Source of the DNA: Eledone cirrhosa
Taxonomy: Eukaryota
Reading direction: 5' to 3'
NCBI GenBank assembly: GCA_964016885.1
Contig: OZ024741.1
Location: forward strand, 341,744,001 to 341,808,000
Length of the DNA stretch: 64,000 nt
A program made the translations under genes and the position numbers. Shown here in pieces: positions 40,396 to 57,247 of the stretch (its first letter is position 1; each line of letters begins with the position of its first letter). The notes below the pieces were generated by a model. That model was given only the letters and a program-made list of their open reading frames with translations. It was not told the DNA's origin and did no database searches.

Positions 40396-41995
40396 TCATC
40401 ATCATCATCATCATCGTTTAACGTCCATTTTCCACGCTAGCATGGGTTTGGACGGGAATTGTCCCACTTGAGGCAAGATTGGTTGTCTTGCTCAGGACTG
40501 TCTGGCAGGTTTTCTACGGCTGGATGCCCTTCCTTACACCAACCACGTTTACAGTGTGGACTGGGAGGTTTTAACGTGTTACCTACACGGCCACATTACA
40601 GCATGAACTGTGTGTTTTTTTGTTGTGACACCTACACAACCTCATTTTTTTAGGACTGGATGTTGTGGTACCAACATAGCTTTACATCGAAAGGGGTGGT
40701 GTAGATGGCGGTGGGGTAGGGTTAGTGGGACGGGAGTGTATTTTGGTTAAGAGGTGCCTACTGACTGTAGGTTTCGCTTTGTACTTAGGCAAGGCAGTCT
40801 TCTGTATTACTACATAGTGCCAAGGATCTCGGTCCAGTGGCATTGTCTTGGAGAGGTGTAAGTGTGTGAGGTCGGATTTTATCAAGTCGTCCCAGGTTTT
40901 TCTCGGTCTGCCTACTCCGTAGTTACCATCTATTTTGATCAGCCTGCACTTTTTTATACAGCTGTCATGCGCATCACGTGACCATACCAACATAGTCTTC
41001 TCTTGAGTAAACAGCATCTGATCCCTCTTATTTCTAATTTCTCACTTAGTTCATTTATGCTATTCCGTTCGCGTATATTACTATTACACATCCAACGGAG
41101 TATGCAAGCTTCGTTCTTCTCCAGTCTGCATAGATCCTCTGCACCCAAGGCCCATGCAAAGTATGGGTGCATAAAAGATGTAGTGGGATCACAGGTAAGC
41201 TAACTAAGAATATAGATTTTATATGTGGCCGGTGCTCTGGTATATATATATATGTATATAATATATATGTATATAATATATATGTATATAATATATATGT
41301 ATATAATATATATATATATGTATACAATATATATATATGTAAAATTAGAAATAAGAGGGATCAGATGTTGTTTACTCGAGAGAAGGCTACGTTGGTATGG
41401 ACACGTGATGCGCATGAAAGTCGATAGCTGTATAACAAAGTGCAGGGCAATAAAGATAGACGGTAGCCACGGAATAGGCAGACCTAGAAAAACCTGGGAC
41501 GAGCTGATAAACTCCGACCTCACACACTTACACCTCTCCAAGACAATGTCACTGGACCGAGACCTTTGGCGGTACTCAGTAATAGAGAAGACCCGCCTTA
41601 CCTAAATACATAGTAAAACCTACTACAGTCAGTAGGCATCTCTAACAAAATACACCCCCGTCCCACCACCACCACCCCATCCACACCGCCCCCTTCTATG
41701 TAAAGTTATGTTGGTGCCACACCATCCAGTCCGAAACAAATGAGATCGTGTAGGTGTCACGACAAAAAAACACACAGTCCACGCTGTAATGTGGCCGTGT
41801 AGGCAACACGGTAAAAACCTCCCAGACCCACACTGTAAATGTGGTTGGTGTTAGGAAGGGCATCCAACTGTAGAAAACCTGCCAGACAGTCCTATGCGAG
41901 CAAGACAATCACTCTTGCCTCAAGTGGGAAAACCCCTGTCCAAACCCATGCAAGCGTGGAACACGGACGTTAAACGTTGATGATGATGATGATGA
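40396..41995. mobile_element. divergent (5'-to-5') pair of RTE 3' fragments
   Basis: 40396-41150 minus and 41160-41995 plus both encode LEIRGIRCCLL..RL.WYGHV and end in (TGA)n. Confidence 0.9.
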
Positions 41996-42131
41996 TACAA
42001 TATGTATATATGTATACAATATATATATACAATATAATATATATATACAATATAATATATATATACAATATAATATATATATACAATATAATATATATAT
42101 ACAATATAATATATATATATATATTTGTATT

Positions 42132-42712
<581 letters not shown>

Positions 42713-43085
42713 ATGTATATATGTATTTATATATATATGATGTGTTGTTTCCTTGAGCAACACACTTTATTTCACATTGCTCCAGTTTACTCAGCTGTAG
42801 AAATGAGATGTAAAGTGGACGTGGAGGTGCCACGGCAAAAAAGCACCCACCACTCACTGTAAATGAGGTTGGTGTCCCACCCTTGCAAGCAAGGAAAAGC
42901 GGACGTAAAATGATGATGATGATGATGATGATATATATATTTGTATGTATATATATATTTATATATATATATATAGATATATATTTGTATGTATATATAT
43001 ATTTATATATATATATTTGTATGTATATATATATATTTATATATATATATATTTATATATATATATATATTTGTATGTATATATA

Positions 43086-43124
<39 letters not shown>

Positions 43125-43149
43125 ATGTATATATATATTTATATATATA

Positions 43150-45010
<1,861 letters not shown>

Positions 45011-45031
45011 GTATGTATATATGTATATATA

Positions 45032-45103
<72 letters not shown>

Positions 45104-45418
45104 GCTTCCTTGGTTGAGCACTCTATTGACTTATATTCATCATGCAGAAAGAACATCTGAATATTTCTACAAAGAACATACCCATACCAAGCAGGAAAAC
45201 ATACCTATCGTCCTGTCTTCCTACGGTTGCAACGTTTTTTGAAATATTCACTTCCGTGTTCACAGATTGACTTTGTTAGTTTCAGAAGATCCCGTTTAGG
45301 GTGAAAGCAGCGATTCTTTGCTTAAACTTTAATCTGTTATTTTAATACATATTTTCTCTACGGTATATTTATCCTTATTGAGCCCCCTTTGGATTTTAGT
45401 CTTCAAATTTATTATTAT

Positions 45419-45474
<56 letters not shown>

Positions 45475-45498
45475 ATATATATATATATATATATATTT

Positions 45499-45929
45499 GT
45501 ATATATATATATATATCTTTAGGTTTGTTCGTTCACCACTGGATAGAATTGGTCATTCCGTATGGTCAATCTTGGTGTAATATTGTGGAGAGTAATCAAC
45601 GTAGTGCAGTTCACCCGTCTTTGTTTGTGTAGTTGGTGGTGCGAATACGGAGTTAATTATAAATAAAATAGCAAGAGGCTGGACTGGTGTAAATCCTTGA
45701 AAGGTTTATCGCCCTAGGGCGACTGGCCGAGGTGAAGGCATCTAGTTTGTCAGTCGTCCTCTTTGTCTCTGTCTCTGATTTTTCAGACCCATGGTTTTTT
45801 ACATATTCCTTTGTTATATTCCAATACCTGATGATATCACCGGATTCATATGGAACCCGGTCATTGAAATGATCATAGTATAATAAACCTTTCAAGGATT
45901 TACACCAGTCCAGCCTCCTGTTATTTTAT
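45499..45929. mobile_element. fold-back PLE unit
   Basis: 45663-45709 is the reverse complement of 45883-45929; TA-flanked. Confidence 0.8.
45825..45881 (+). ncRNA. type I hammerhead ribozyme
   Basis: ATAC-CTGATGA-TATCACCGGATTC...GAACCCGGTCATT-GAAA-TGATC-ATA-GTAT. Confidence 0.8.
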
Positions 45930-45930
45930 G

Positions 45931-45961
<31 letters not shown>

Positions 45962-45964
45962 TTG

Positions 45965-45995
<31 letters not shown>

Positions 45996-46010
45996 ATATA
46001 TATATATATT

Positions 46011-46044
<34 letters not shown>

Positions 46045-47589
46045 AAGTTTTATTTAAATTGTTGGGTTAACAACGAGTAAATATTTATAACTGATATAAA
46101 AGCACTCAACAAGTATTTGGAGTATATTTACGATATTAAATAAATGGAAACTATATTTATAAAACCATATTTATTTCATTATATATATTTCAGGGATATC
46201 ATATTAAAAATATGTTATGCCTTCTTCAGACAAAATACAATATAAACAGTCTTATAAATAGATAGATTCGACATACCTTTCAACTTCGACTTCTATTTGA
46301 AAAGTTGATTTGGTAGTGAAAAAATATTAGGGACAGTTATAAAAAGAAAGAAAGAAAAACGAAGAAAAAGAAGAAATGCATGCAACTAAATAGAGAGAGA
46401 TAGATATAGAGAGATAGATAGAGAGAAGAAATTCATGTAAAGAAACAGAGAGAGATATATAGAGAGAGGAAAAAAACACAGAGGGAGATAGATAGAGAGA
46501 GAAGAGAGGAGAGAGAGAGAGAGAAAAAATATCGAGAGATAGATATAGATAGAGATAGAGAGAAAGAGAATATGTAGTTGGGCACCAGTTGAATGACGTA
46601 TCAATGATATATTTATTTATTTATTTATTTATTTAGCTCTAGTATTAATGTAGAGAGAGATATATGTGGTTAAGAGAGAAAACAGCCGTTACATAGAGAG
46701 AAAAGAAAAGAAAAATATCCAGACAAAAACGAGGCAGATTTAAACCACTATGTTTCATCAATGTAACAAATATCAATTCGTATAAAACAGGCATTATAAT
46801 GTAAATATCAGTATTCATGAATGAGACACGTATCAATAATGTGTGAAAAATAATGATCATATGTCTAGTTTAAAATTCCTAGGTTTATATTAGAGTTGAG
46901 ATAAAATAGAAGGTTATCCCAGATTTTATACTATATACATCCATGTGAATTTACGTGATCAGCTCTGCAAATTCCTATTTCACACGAAAACATTCTCATT
47001 GTGCTATAAAAGTTCTAGTATACATATATGTGTACATACACACAAATATATATAGAGTCTACATTAATTTTAACAATACTATTCATGTCTTTACTCTACA
47101 TGAGTATCGTTCAAGCATAAATAGAGAACAGATATCAATATATCAATAAAAATATCAGAAACAAAAAGTAAATAAAAAACAAAAAAATCAAAAAAATACA
47201 AAAAAATATTAAAAATAAAATATTAAAAATATTAAAAATATTAAAATAAAAATAAAACATAGTATGCCCCGCAAATCAACCACAGAGATCAACCCTTCAA
47301 AGTTAATTGACAATATATCGCCAAGTTCGTTATAAGCATCAGAATCAAAAGCAAACAAAACCAAAAATTATTTACCAAATCCTGTCTAGCAGAAAACATT
47401 CCAAAAGTTTAGGATACCCATTTGATCTACAGATGGTCTTATATTTAATATAGAAGTTTATCTCGTGTAAGATTTATTCGATATATTTGGAGCATCAGCT
47501 TTTAGGGTAGTTTAATTATTCATGAAGAATGTTTAAAATAAAAAGGAATCGAAAGATTTATCGGCGAGTTTCATAAATAATTATAAATC

Positions 47590-49304
47590 AAATTAAATAT
47601 ACTACATTTTAAATTTATATTTATATTTAAAAGTTGAGTTCAATCTATGTCTGCAGCAACTGAATAAATTTGTCCGTAAATTAAGGGAATTTTTAGATTT
47701 TAGTATAAATAATATCTCCTACGCGCAGAGGTCACATGTCTCAGAGGATGAATTAAAAGGAATCCCTCTTGAGACTATATTCCAAGCCGTTGAATATCCA
47801 ACGTTATCATGCCTAAGTTGCCAGAGTAGGCCTGATAGTGATGTTGAGGATTTTTTGCTTGGATCTGTGAAAGAATTCTTGTGGTTATTATAGCGAAGTT
47901 TAAATTCTGTTGAGGTGGAACCAACATAGTTAAAAGAATTTAAGTCCGTTTTAACATTACAGTTGTATATTATATTTTTAACTAAGCAATTGTTATTTAA
48001 CGGACATTTAGATCTATCTCTACAGTTACATTTGTTAACTTGGATATTATTTATGCTATTATCGGTATTTTGGCTAGGTTTTAAATTCCTATTATTTATT
48101 CTATTAATATTTTGTGCTAAATTTTTGGTGGATGAGTAGGTTAATTTTATAGTATGTCTATTGAAAATTGAGTGATACCTATGTGTTCTAGGGAAGCGAT
48201 TATCAAGAGCATTAAAAAATGGTTTAGCGATGTGGGTTTTAATGTTTAGTGAGAAGGGGGGGGGGCAAACCATATTATATTCCTAGTTCTATTTCTTTTT
48301 TGGCTTTTGGAATTATTGTAATGCTTTCTATTATAGTTGTTAAAGTTGTTGCCGTAATTAAAATTGTTGTTATTTTGGTTAGTTTGTCTATTATTATCTA
48401 TGTACATAATTTTATCACTATATCCTGCTCTAGCTAACGCTTCATTGTAATACTGGGCTTTTTCGTCGAAAATCTTTTCATTAGATGAGATTCTAGAGAT
48501 ACGATTTTGAACAGAGTTTACTATAGTATTTTTAACAGATCTGGGGTGGTTAGAGTTAAAGCTGACATAGTTTAAGTTTTCATTCAACTTGTGAAATGGA
48601 TAGTGAAGACATGTGTTGAGATTTAATGTTACATCTAGGAAATTGACTATTCTATGGTTATTCTCAATTTCTATATTTAGATTAAAGTAATTAAAAAATT
48701 GTGTAATTTGTTTTCTTTTTCTATTTAGTTCAGAGTTATTATTTTCAATAAGTAAAAGCATGTCATCTCTATATAAACCTCCGGTAGCACCGGGTATTTT
48801 CCTATGCAGCGAATTGATTAAAAATAGGCTCACAAGGTCAGTTACCTGAGCTGAGTCGGATGATCCCATAGTAATGTCGAAATTGTTATCTCTATCTGCT
48901 CTGGTCCATAGTTGGTCATTAAATTCTATCAATGTTTGCCTAGCCGATAATATAATGTGCATTTCATTGCTAGTTAGGTCTGTATGTTTGAATGCGTAAT
49001 TTAGTGCCTTATTTAGTAGATTAGGGGTAATAGATGAATAATAGTTAGCGATATCTAGTTGAATAAACTTATTATTATTGTTATATTTAATTTCTTTAAA
49101 CCACTCAACAACCTCTCCAGTTCCCTTCCACAAGCTCAAGTTAGGTACACAATTCAAGTTTTTAATTTGCTGTATCACCCTGTCTAGAATGTTTTTGCTT
49201 AGTTTACCCAGGTCCGATTTTGATGGTGCAATCAATCTGATTGGCAGGTCATTTTCAAAATTACTTTTGTGATCTTTCATATTGATCTTCGGTTTCACTA
49301 CCAA
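47590..49304 (-). pseudogene. PLE RT + GIY-YIG ORF, frameshift in a G-run ~48260 and TAG at 47719
   Basis: KDHK, RLIAPSKSDLGKLSK, FIQLDI, FDITMGS, GLYRDD, NFLDVTLNL, SNHP, IIWF.PP, CNCR..CPL..CL, IIY..YVGST, CDLC, CCRHR. Confidence 0.93.
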
Positions 49305-49378
49305 ATCAACTTTTCAAATAGAAGTCGAAGTTGAAAGGTATGTCGAATCTATCTATTTATAAGACTGTTTATATTGTA

Positions 49379-49440
49379 TTTTGTCTGAAGAAGGCATAAC
49401 ATATTTTTAATATGATATCCCTGAAATATATATAATGAAA
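49379..49440 (+). ncRNA. type I hammerhead (mirror 46174-46235 on minus; family copy 56185-56246)
   Basis: TTTTGT-CTGAAGA-AGGCATAACATATTTTTAATATGATATCCCT-GAAA-TATAT-ATA-ATGAAA. Confidence 0.8.
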
Positions 49441-49542
49441 TAAATATGGTTTTATAAATATAGTTTCCATTTATTTATATATATATATTTGTATATATAT
49501 ATATATATATTTGTATATATATATATATTTGTATATATATAT

Positions 49543-50434
49543 ACTGGATGGAAAAAGTTCAGAGAGCTTATACCACTATTAGCCGCTAAAGGTTTCTCTC
49601 TAAAAATGAAAGGCAGGCTGTATGATGCCTGCATACGAACAGCAATGTTACATGGCAGTGAGACCTGGACATTGTGTGCAGAGGATATACGCAGACTGGA
49701 GAGGAACGAAGCTTGCATGCTCCGCTGGATGTGTAACAGTAATATATGTGAACGGCTAAGCATAAACGAACTAAGGGAAAAATTAGAAATAAGAGGGATC
49801 AGATGTTGTTTACTCGAGAGAAGACTACGTTGGTATGGTCACGTGATGCGCATGAAAGATGACAGCTGTATAAAAAAGTGAAGGGCAATATAAATAGACA
49901 GGAGCCACGGAGTAGGCAGGCCCAGAAAAACCTGGGACGACTTGATAAATTCAGACCTCAAACACTTACGCCTCTCCAAGACAATGTCACTGGACCAAGA
50001 TCTTTGTCGCTACACAGTAATACAGAAGACCCGCCTTACCTAAGTACAAAGTGAAACCTACTACAGTCAGTAGGCACCTCTAACAAAATACACCCCGTCC
50101 CACTACCCCCACCCCATCCACACCACCCCTTTCAATGTAAAGTTATGTTGGTACCACAACATCCAGTCCGAAACAAATGAGGTCGTGTAGGTGTCACGAC
50201 AAAAAAAACACAGTCCACGCTGTAATGTGGCCGTGTAGGTGACACGGTAAAAACCTCCCAGTTCCACACTGTAAATGTGGTTGGTGTTAGGAAGGGCATC
50301 CAGCCGTAGAAAACCCGCCAGACAGTCCTATGCGAGCAAGACAACCACTCTTGCCTCAAGTGGGAAAACTCCCATCCAAACCCATGCAAGCGTGGAACAT
50401 GGACGTTAAACGATGATGATGATGATGATGATGA
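49543..50434 (+). mobile_element. RTE LINE 3' fragment with 3' UTR and (TGA)n tail
   Basis: GWKKFREL..KGRLYDAC..MLHGSETW..LRWYGHV. Confidence 0.92.
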
Positions 50435-50688
50435 TATATTTGTATATATATATATATTTGTATATATATATTTGTATATATATATTTGTATATATATATA
50501 TATATTTGTATATATATATATATATATTTGTATATATATATATATATTTGTATATATATAAATATTTATATTTGTATATATATATATATATTTATATTTG
50601 TATATATATATATATATATATATATTTGTATATATATATTTGTATATATATATATATTTGTATATATATATTTGTATATATATATTTG

Positions 50689-50719
<31 letters not shown>

Positions 50720-50751
50720 ATATATATATATTTATATTTGTATATATATAT

Positions 50752-50908
50752 CCGCAGTGCATCCAGTATCGTCCTCAAGTTGCTTGACGTATGTCTTCTT
50801 GGGACGAAGAACTTGGGACGGAAGAACTGGCAAACGCTATGAAAGACAGAGATGGATGGAGGAAACATGTCGTAGAAAGCCGAGCAAACTCAACCCGATG
50901 ATGATGAT
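50752..50908 (+). mobile_element. short LINE 3' end
   Basis: [17 protein letters not shown] followed by (TGA)n. Confidence 0.55.
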
Positions 50909-50953
50909 ATATACATATATATATATATATATTTGTATGTATATATATATATT

Positions 50954-51012
<59 letters not shown>

Positions 51013-51037
51013 ATATATTTATATGTATATATATATT

Positions 51038-51104
<67 letters not shown>

Positions 51105-51107
51105 ATT

Positions 51108-51138
<31 letters not shown>

Positions 51139-51146
51139 ATATATTT

Positions 51147-51540
51147 ATATTAAAATATAAATATTAATAAAATAGATGTTCTTTTGATCAATTACATTTT
51201 ATTATACATATTTCAGATGTACAACAGTACATCCTCATCAGACAAAATATAATGATACATGACATACCCTGAGATGTTAAATGGTACCTTGATTAAATCT
51301 TAACCATTTAACATCTCAGGGTATGTCATGTATCATTATATTTTGTCTGATGAGGACGTACTCTTGTACATCTGAAATATGTATAATAAAATGTAATTGA
51401 TCAAAAGAACATTTATTTTATTAATATTTATATTTTAATATTAATAACCCCGGAAAATTATTTTTTACCGTTGAGTGCTTCCAATCTACTGTAAAACTCA
51501 TTCTTTGACATACTCATTGAATATTGTTTAACACTTTAAT
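51147..51540. mobile_element. fold-back PLE unit, ~138 bp arms with an HHR in each
   Basis: 51147-51285 is the reverse complement of 51303-51441; extension carries GTTGAGTGC at 51470. Confidence 0.9.
51340..51392 (+). ncRNA. type I hammerhead ribozyme (mirror ~51196-51248 on minus)
   Basis: ATTTTGT-CTGATGA-GGACGTACTCTTGTACATCT-GAAA-TATGT-ATA-ATAAAAT. Confidence 0.85.
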
Positions 51541-51599
51541 ATATATATATTTATATATATATTTATATATATATATAAATAAATACACACACATATGTG

Positions 51600-51670
<71 letters not shown>

Positions 51671-51707
51671 CACAATAGACAATGAAAACTTCACTTTATA
51701 AGCTGTT

Positions 51708-51826
51708 TATTGTATGATATCTATTTCTGTAACAATCCTGCTCGCAGCTGTGGTATTATGCAAATATTTAGCTAATAATGGATTGTTTAGTTAATAATGA
51801 GCTGGAATCACTTCATCAGACTAATA
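51708..51826 (-). ncRNA. hammerhead-like motif with long stem II
   Basis: Minus strand CTGATGA-[~80 nt]-GAAA-TAGAT-ATC; stem I imperfect. Confidence 0.5.
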
Positions 51827-52327
51827 TAAAGAGAATTGAATTCAGAAACAATCTGCCTTCAATTATAACAGTGTCATTATACAACAAAAAGAAAAAACAT
51901 CTGAAAATTCTAACATAAAAATAAAGAAATAAAAGAAAACTGAAATGAAGTAGGAGAAAGGAGAGAAAGGGGGAAGAGAAGAGAAAAACTTAAAGAAAAT
52001 ACCAGAAAAACGTGAAGCTTAAGAGAAAGGGGGTAGAGATTGTATATTGTATGCAGGGCCAGATTTAGACCTTGGGGAGCCCTGGGGCAGTTCGGATTTG
52101 CTAGGCACCTCATATAACACACACAAACACACATATATATATATAATATAGAAATGACTTCTACAGTTCTAGTCCTGTAGAAGCCATTTGTATATTAAAT
52201 ATTCATACTCTGCTATGTATTGAGTACCTTACTTACGGTGGTTACTCCTGATTGAACACAGGATAAACATATATATATATATTAACAATATTAATAAATG
52301 AAAAATATCTTTATAATACCTTATTTA

Positions 52328-52383
52328 TTTTATTATGCGTATTTCAAGGACACTAAATTTTAGTATGCTTTCATCAGATAGAA
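52328..52383 (-). ncRNA. type I hammerhead ribozyme
   Basis: TTCTAT-CTGATGA-AAGCATACTAAAATTTAGTGTCCTT-GAAA-TACGC-ATA-ATAAAA. Confidence 0.75.
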
Positions 52384-52387
52384 TATA

Positions 52388-52570
52388 ATTGTTTCTACTA
52401 TTGGCACAAGGCCAGCAATTAACCAGTACATTACTGTTACTTTATTTTATCGACCCCGTAAGGATGAAAGGCAAAGTTAACCTCGGCAGGATTTGAACTC
52501 AGAATGGTAAGGGCCGTAACCCTATGCAAAGCATGGCGTCCGACCCTCTTCCGATACTGCCAATTCACCG
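52388..52570 (-). mobile_element. Nin-domain-like tRNA SINE
   Basis: Same family as the 29180 array. Confidence 0.85.
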
Positions 52571-52809
52571 GTGTTAAGATATTGACATACCTTAGCGCAA
52601 ACTTACTAGTATAAGCCCGCTATCGGTGGATAAATCTTGTAGAGTGCTTCAAATCTGTTATAAAATTAACTCTGTTGAATAATAATCAACAAACCATATA
52701 ACTCATTGTTTATATATATATAGATAGATAGATAGATAGATATATCGACAGTCGATCGACTTTCATTCCAATTGCTAATACTATCTATCAATTGCAACTC
52801 CAGGTAGAA

Positions 52810-52944
52810 GGAGCAACGTGAAATAAAGTGTTTTGCTCAAGGACACAAGACATCGCCCGGTTCGGGAATCGAACTCACAACCTCACGATTGTGAATCTAA
52901 TTCTCTAACCACTCAGCTCTAACCACTCAGCCACGCACTTCCAC

Positions 52945-52945
<1 letters not shown>
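52810..52945 (-). mobile_element. tRNA SINE head (63449 family)
   Basis: GGCTGAGTGGTTAG, GAGTTCGATTCCC, TGTCCTTGAGCAAAACACTTT on the minus strand. Confidence 0.8.
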
Positions 52946-53001
<56 letters not shown>

Positions 53002-53038
53002 TCAACTTCGTTTAACGTCCATTTTCCATGCTAGCATG

Positions 53039-53077
<39 letters not shown>

Positions 53078-53272
53078 AGAGAGAGAGAGAGAGAGTTAGT
53101 TAGTTCCACAACAAATTAGCAAACCATACTCGAGGACACGTGTTTCACCGAACGGATTTTCAACCCGTGTATGGATATGATGAAATTAACCCTATACTGA
53201 ACTTGTCCTTTGGACAGAGTGCTCTACTTACTACAGATATAACCTCCTAGTCTTTTACCACTATATATATTA

Positions 53273-53872
53273 TACTAGCTGTATTGGATGTGTTGTCTGG
53301 TATGAGGTGAGACCATAATGTGTGTGTGTGTATGTGAGAGAGACAAAAAAAAAACAATCATAAAACTTCCTTATTAGACTGGGGGGAGTAAACTGTCGAT
53401 TAAATGGTAGCATTGGCCTTGGATTTTAAATGTTGTGAAATAACCATAGTCAGTATGATCTTTTTCAGCTGCAAAAGACATCATCTGAAACACAGCAATA
53501 TACGGCATAACATTGCTTCTGAAGTGTTGCTTCGTTAGTACGGACTGTATATGGATAAAAGTAGTATATGGATAAAAGCTGGAGGGTAGATTAATTTCAA
53601 ATAATATCAATTTTTCTTTGTTCTGTAAAATCAATGACTGTAAAACTTTATAAAAACTAATACAATATTGTTAAACCTTCAACTGATACTTTTGTGGGAC
53701 GTCACTCTCTCTCTCTCAATATCTAACACTTTAATTGTATCTCTTTCTGTATAACGTCCTATCTCTCCCTTTGTGTTTCTCTCTCTTTAGACGTGTCTGT
53801 ATGTATTTGTGTGTGCGTGTGTAGTTTCCGTGTGATTCAACAAACCAATAAACATCTTCCTTTTATATTATA
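53273..53872 (-). mobile_element. Helitron remnant containing a Rep/helicase fragment
   Basis: HFRSN...VFQMMSF...TFKIQGQCYHLIDSLLP (Helitron helicase-like N-terminal motif) at 53380-53540; minus strand ends CAGCTAGT. Confidence 0.75.
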
Positions 53873-53899
53873 TATATATATACACACACATATATATAT

Positions 53900-54900
53900 A
53901 TATGAATGTAATGGACAGACTCTAGACAGATTCCATAAAAATTTAATTGACACACCTAGTGCACTAGGACTTAAAATTACAGTTGATACAAATCTTACTA
54001 ATGCCAATTTCCTAGGTGTAAACTTAAACATAACTGCTTCGTATAAACCATACCATAAGCCTAACGAAACATTGAAATATATTAATAAAGCCCCATGTCA
54101 CCTCCCTGCTGTCTTTAAAAACTTAGTTTCTAATATTAGTTGTAGGATATCAAATCTATCAGCAACCAGGAAGATTTTTGATAAGGCTGTGCCTTACTAT
54201 AACCAAACCCCCTTAGATAGTGATTTTAAGGACAAAATTAAGTACACACCCAATCATTCCCAACCCAACGATACAAAAAATACTAATAGAAGAAGAAGAA
54301 TTATCTGGTTTGCACTCCCTCCTTTTCCCTTAAAGTAAAGACTAATGTGTGTAATAAATTTTTAGATTTATTAGATAGACATTTCCCATCACAACATAGA
54401 TACAGTAAAATATTCAATTGTAATACCGTCAAGATATCCTATTCATGTGGACTATCTATGAGATAAAAAAATAACTGCAAAAAGATATACCCAACGATAA
54501 TCCAAGCTGCTCTTGTAAGATTAAAGAGAACTGCTCTCTCCAACAGAATTGTAATATCAAATCCATTGTGTATGAGGCAGAGATTACACACAACAGCACA
54601 GAAAATTCTGAAGTGAGTGAATGATATATTACGAATCCTAATATAAGAACCAGTACAGCCCTGGTGAAAAAAGTATGGCAATTAAAGGAGAAAGGAGCCC
54701 CCGCATAAGATCTTTTGAACTATACTTGAGTTATACAGTCCTTACATCAACGGTACCAAGTAATGTCATCTCTGTCTGAGTTAGAAATTTAGTATATAAC
54801 ATCGTTTGTCATCTCTGAACAATATTTGCTTGAACTCAGGAGTGAAATTTTAAGGAGATGCCTCCATTTCAAAACCCAACTGCTTGCTAAATGGAAATTT
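53900..54900 (+). pseudogene. degenerate Nematis-like PLE (RT C-terminus + GIY-YIG)
   Basis: GLKITV..NL..ANFLGVNLN, YKPYHKPNE.L.YIN, RRIIWF..PPF; LNSRSEILRRCLH near 54830-54870. Confidence 0.85.
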
Positions 54901-55229
54901 TCAACAAATTCAACTGATTTTCAACCACCTTAATTTGATTTATATACTTCCATTATATCCTTTCTTACCCTTTCTCTTTCCACATTATATAATATAGTAC
55001 ACCTTCTATACTACTCTACTCCATACCTAAATAAATATTACCATCTCTATATTACATTCCATGGCATAATACAATACTTTTATAGCATATGAACACAAAC
55101 ATGTAGTCGATCTCAAAATTCAAATTTAGATCTTGGAGTTATTTCCCTTTGTTATATTAGGGGTTTTTGTTCGTAAGCATGTGTTCATACGAAAATTTAA
55201 TTTCAATGATATCTTATAAACTTGTGAAA

Positions 55230-55313
55230 GCGCCTGAAGAAATGTTACTAATTTAATGCCTCTTGTATTCTGAGGGTGTGGTCAAATTTGGACCTCGAAA
55301 CATTGTGTAGTGC
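55230..55313 (+). ncRNA. hammerhead in the pLTR of the 53900 PLE
   Basis: GCGC-CTGAAGA-[56 nt]-GAAA-CATTGT-GTA-GTGC. Confidence 0.6.
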
Positions 55314-55504
55314 CTTTGTTCCATGTATGAAGATAAATAATATTATGTGTGTGTGTTATTGTATTTATGTATATATATATATATACATATATAACTCCTG
55401 ATAGAATCATAGGGGCCCCATACTGACATACAGCATTTCTTGGGCGGACACCAACCCTCTCCAGGCCGGAGTACGGCAGATTTCTTCCAGAGAGAGGAAG
55501 AATC

Positions 55505-55635
55505 AACCAAAGTACTAGAGTGGTACTTTTTTTATCAAGCTCGAAAAGATGAAAGGCAAAGTTGACCTCAGCGGGATTTGAACTCAGAGAGCAGAAATGA
55601 ATACCATAAAACATTCTATCTGACATTCTAACGAC
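55505..55635 (-). mobile_element. Nin-domain-like SINE, degenerate
   Basis: GATGAAAGGCAAAGTTGACCTCAGCGGGATTTGAACTCAG. Confidence 0.75.
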
Positions 55636-55642
55636 TACCAAT

Positions 55643-55724
<82 letters not shown>

Positions 55725-55726
55725 CA

Positions 55727-55893
55727 TGTAACGGCTGTTTTCTCTCCTAACCACATATATATCTCTCTCTACCTTAATACTAGAACTAAATAAATAAATA
55801 AATAAATATATCATTGATACGTCATTCAACTGGTGCCCAACTACCTATTTTCTTTCTCTCTATCTCTATCTATATCTATCTCTCTCTATTTTT

Positions 55894-55925
<32 letters not shown>

Positions 55926-56287
55926 CTATCTATCTCCCTCTGTGTTTTTTCTCTCTCTATCTATCTCTCTCTATTTCTTTACATGAATTTCTTCTCTCTA
56001 TCTATCTATCTATATCTATCTCTCTCTATTTAGTTGCATGCATTTCTTCTTTTTCTTCGCTTTTTTCTTTCTTTCTTTTTATAACTGTCCCTAACATTTC
56101 TCACTACCAAATCAACTTTTTAAATGGGAGTTGAAGTTGTAAGGTATGTCAAATCTATCTATTTATAAGACTGTTTATATTGTATTTTGTCTGAAGAAGG
56201 CATACCATATTTTTAATATGATATCCCTGAAATATATATAATGAAATAAATATGGTTTTATAAATATAGTTTCCATTTATTTAATAT
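55727..56287 (+). mobile_element. 3' UTR + pLTR copy of the 46041 PLE
   Basis: Reverse complement of ~46135-46693 including the HHR. Confidence 0.9.
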
Positions 56288-56288
56288 A

Positions 56289-56400
<112 letters not shown>

Positions 56401-56401
56401 G

Positions 56402-56516
<115 letters not shown>

Positions 56517-56517
56517 G

Positions 56518-56580
<63 letters not shown>

Positions 56581-56593
56581 GTATATATATATG

Positions 56594-56624
<31 letters not shown>

Positions 56625-56653
56625 GTATATATATATATGTAAATATATATATG

Positions 56654-56684
<31 letters not shown>

Positions 56685-56745
56685 GTATATATATATATGT
56701 AAATATATATATGTATATATATATATGTAAATATATATATGTATA

Positions 56746-57082
<337 letters not shown>

Positions 57083-57140
57083 ATATATATGAGAAAAACC
57101 ACAGATGTGAGAAAAACCACAGACCCTCCATCTCAACTCA

Positions 57141-57178
57141 CCTTTTGAAAAGCAGAAGAACTGCGAAACCGGTAAAGG
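57141..57178 (+). ncRNA. minimal type I hammerhead, U3-A8 core
   Basis: CCTT-TTGAAAA-GCAGAAGAACTGC-GAAA-CCG-GTA-AAGG in a 160 bp island within (TA)n. Confidence 0.8.
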
Positions 57179-57247
57179 AACCAAATAAATATATATATTT
57201 TTTAAAAAAATAAGACTTCAGTTGCATTTTCGATTTCATCCCTTTTT

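Larger units (their letters stand above)
46041..49478 (-). mobile_element. 5'-truncated Nematis-like PLE with long 3' UTR and inverted pLTR
   Basis: ~46138-46321 is the reverse complement of 49293-49478; HHR in both arms; TA-flanked. Confidence 0.92.

Noticed and set aside
45282-45320. Hammerhead at CAGAAGA-TCCCGTTTAGGGT-GAAA (similar cases at 37787 and 25771)
   Set aside because: Core substitutions and poor stems; counted only as degenerate and not called as features
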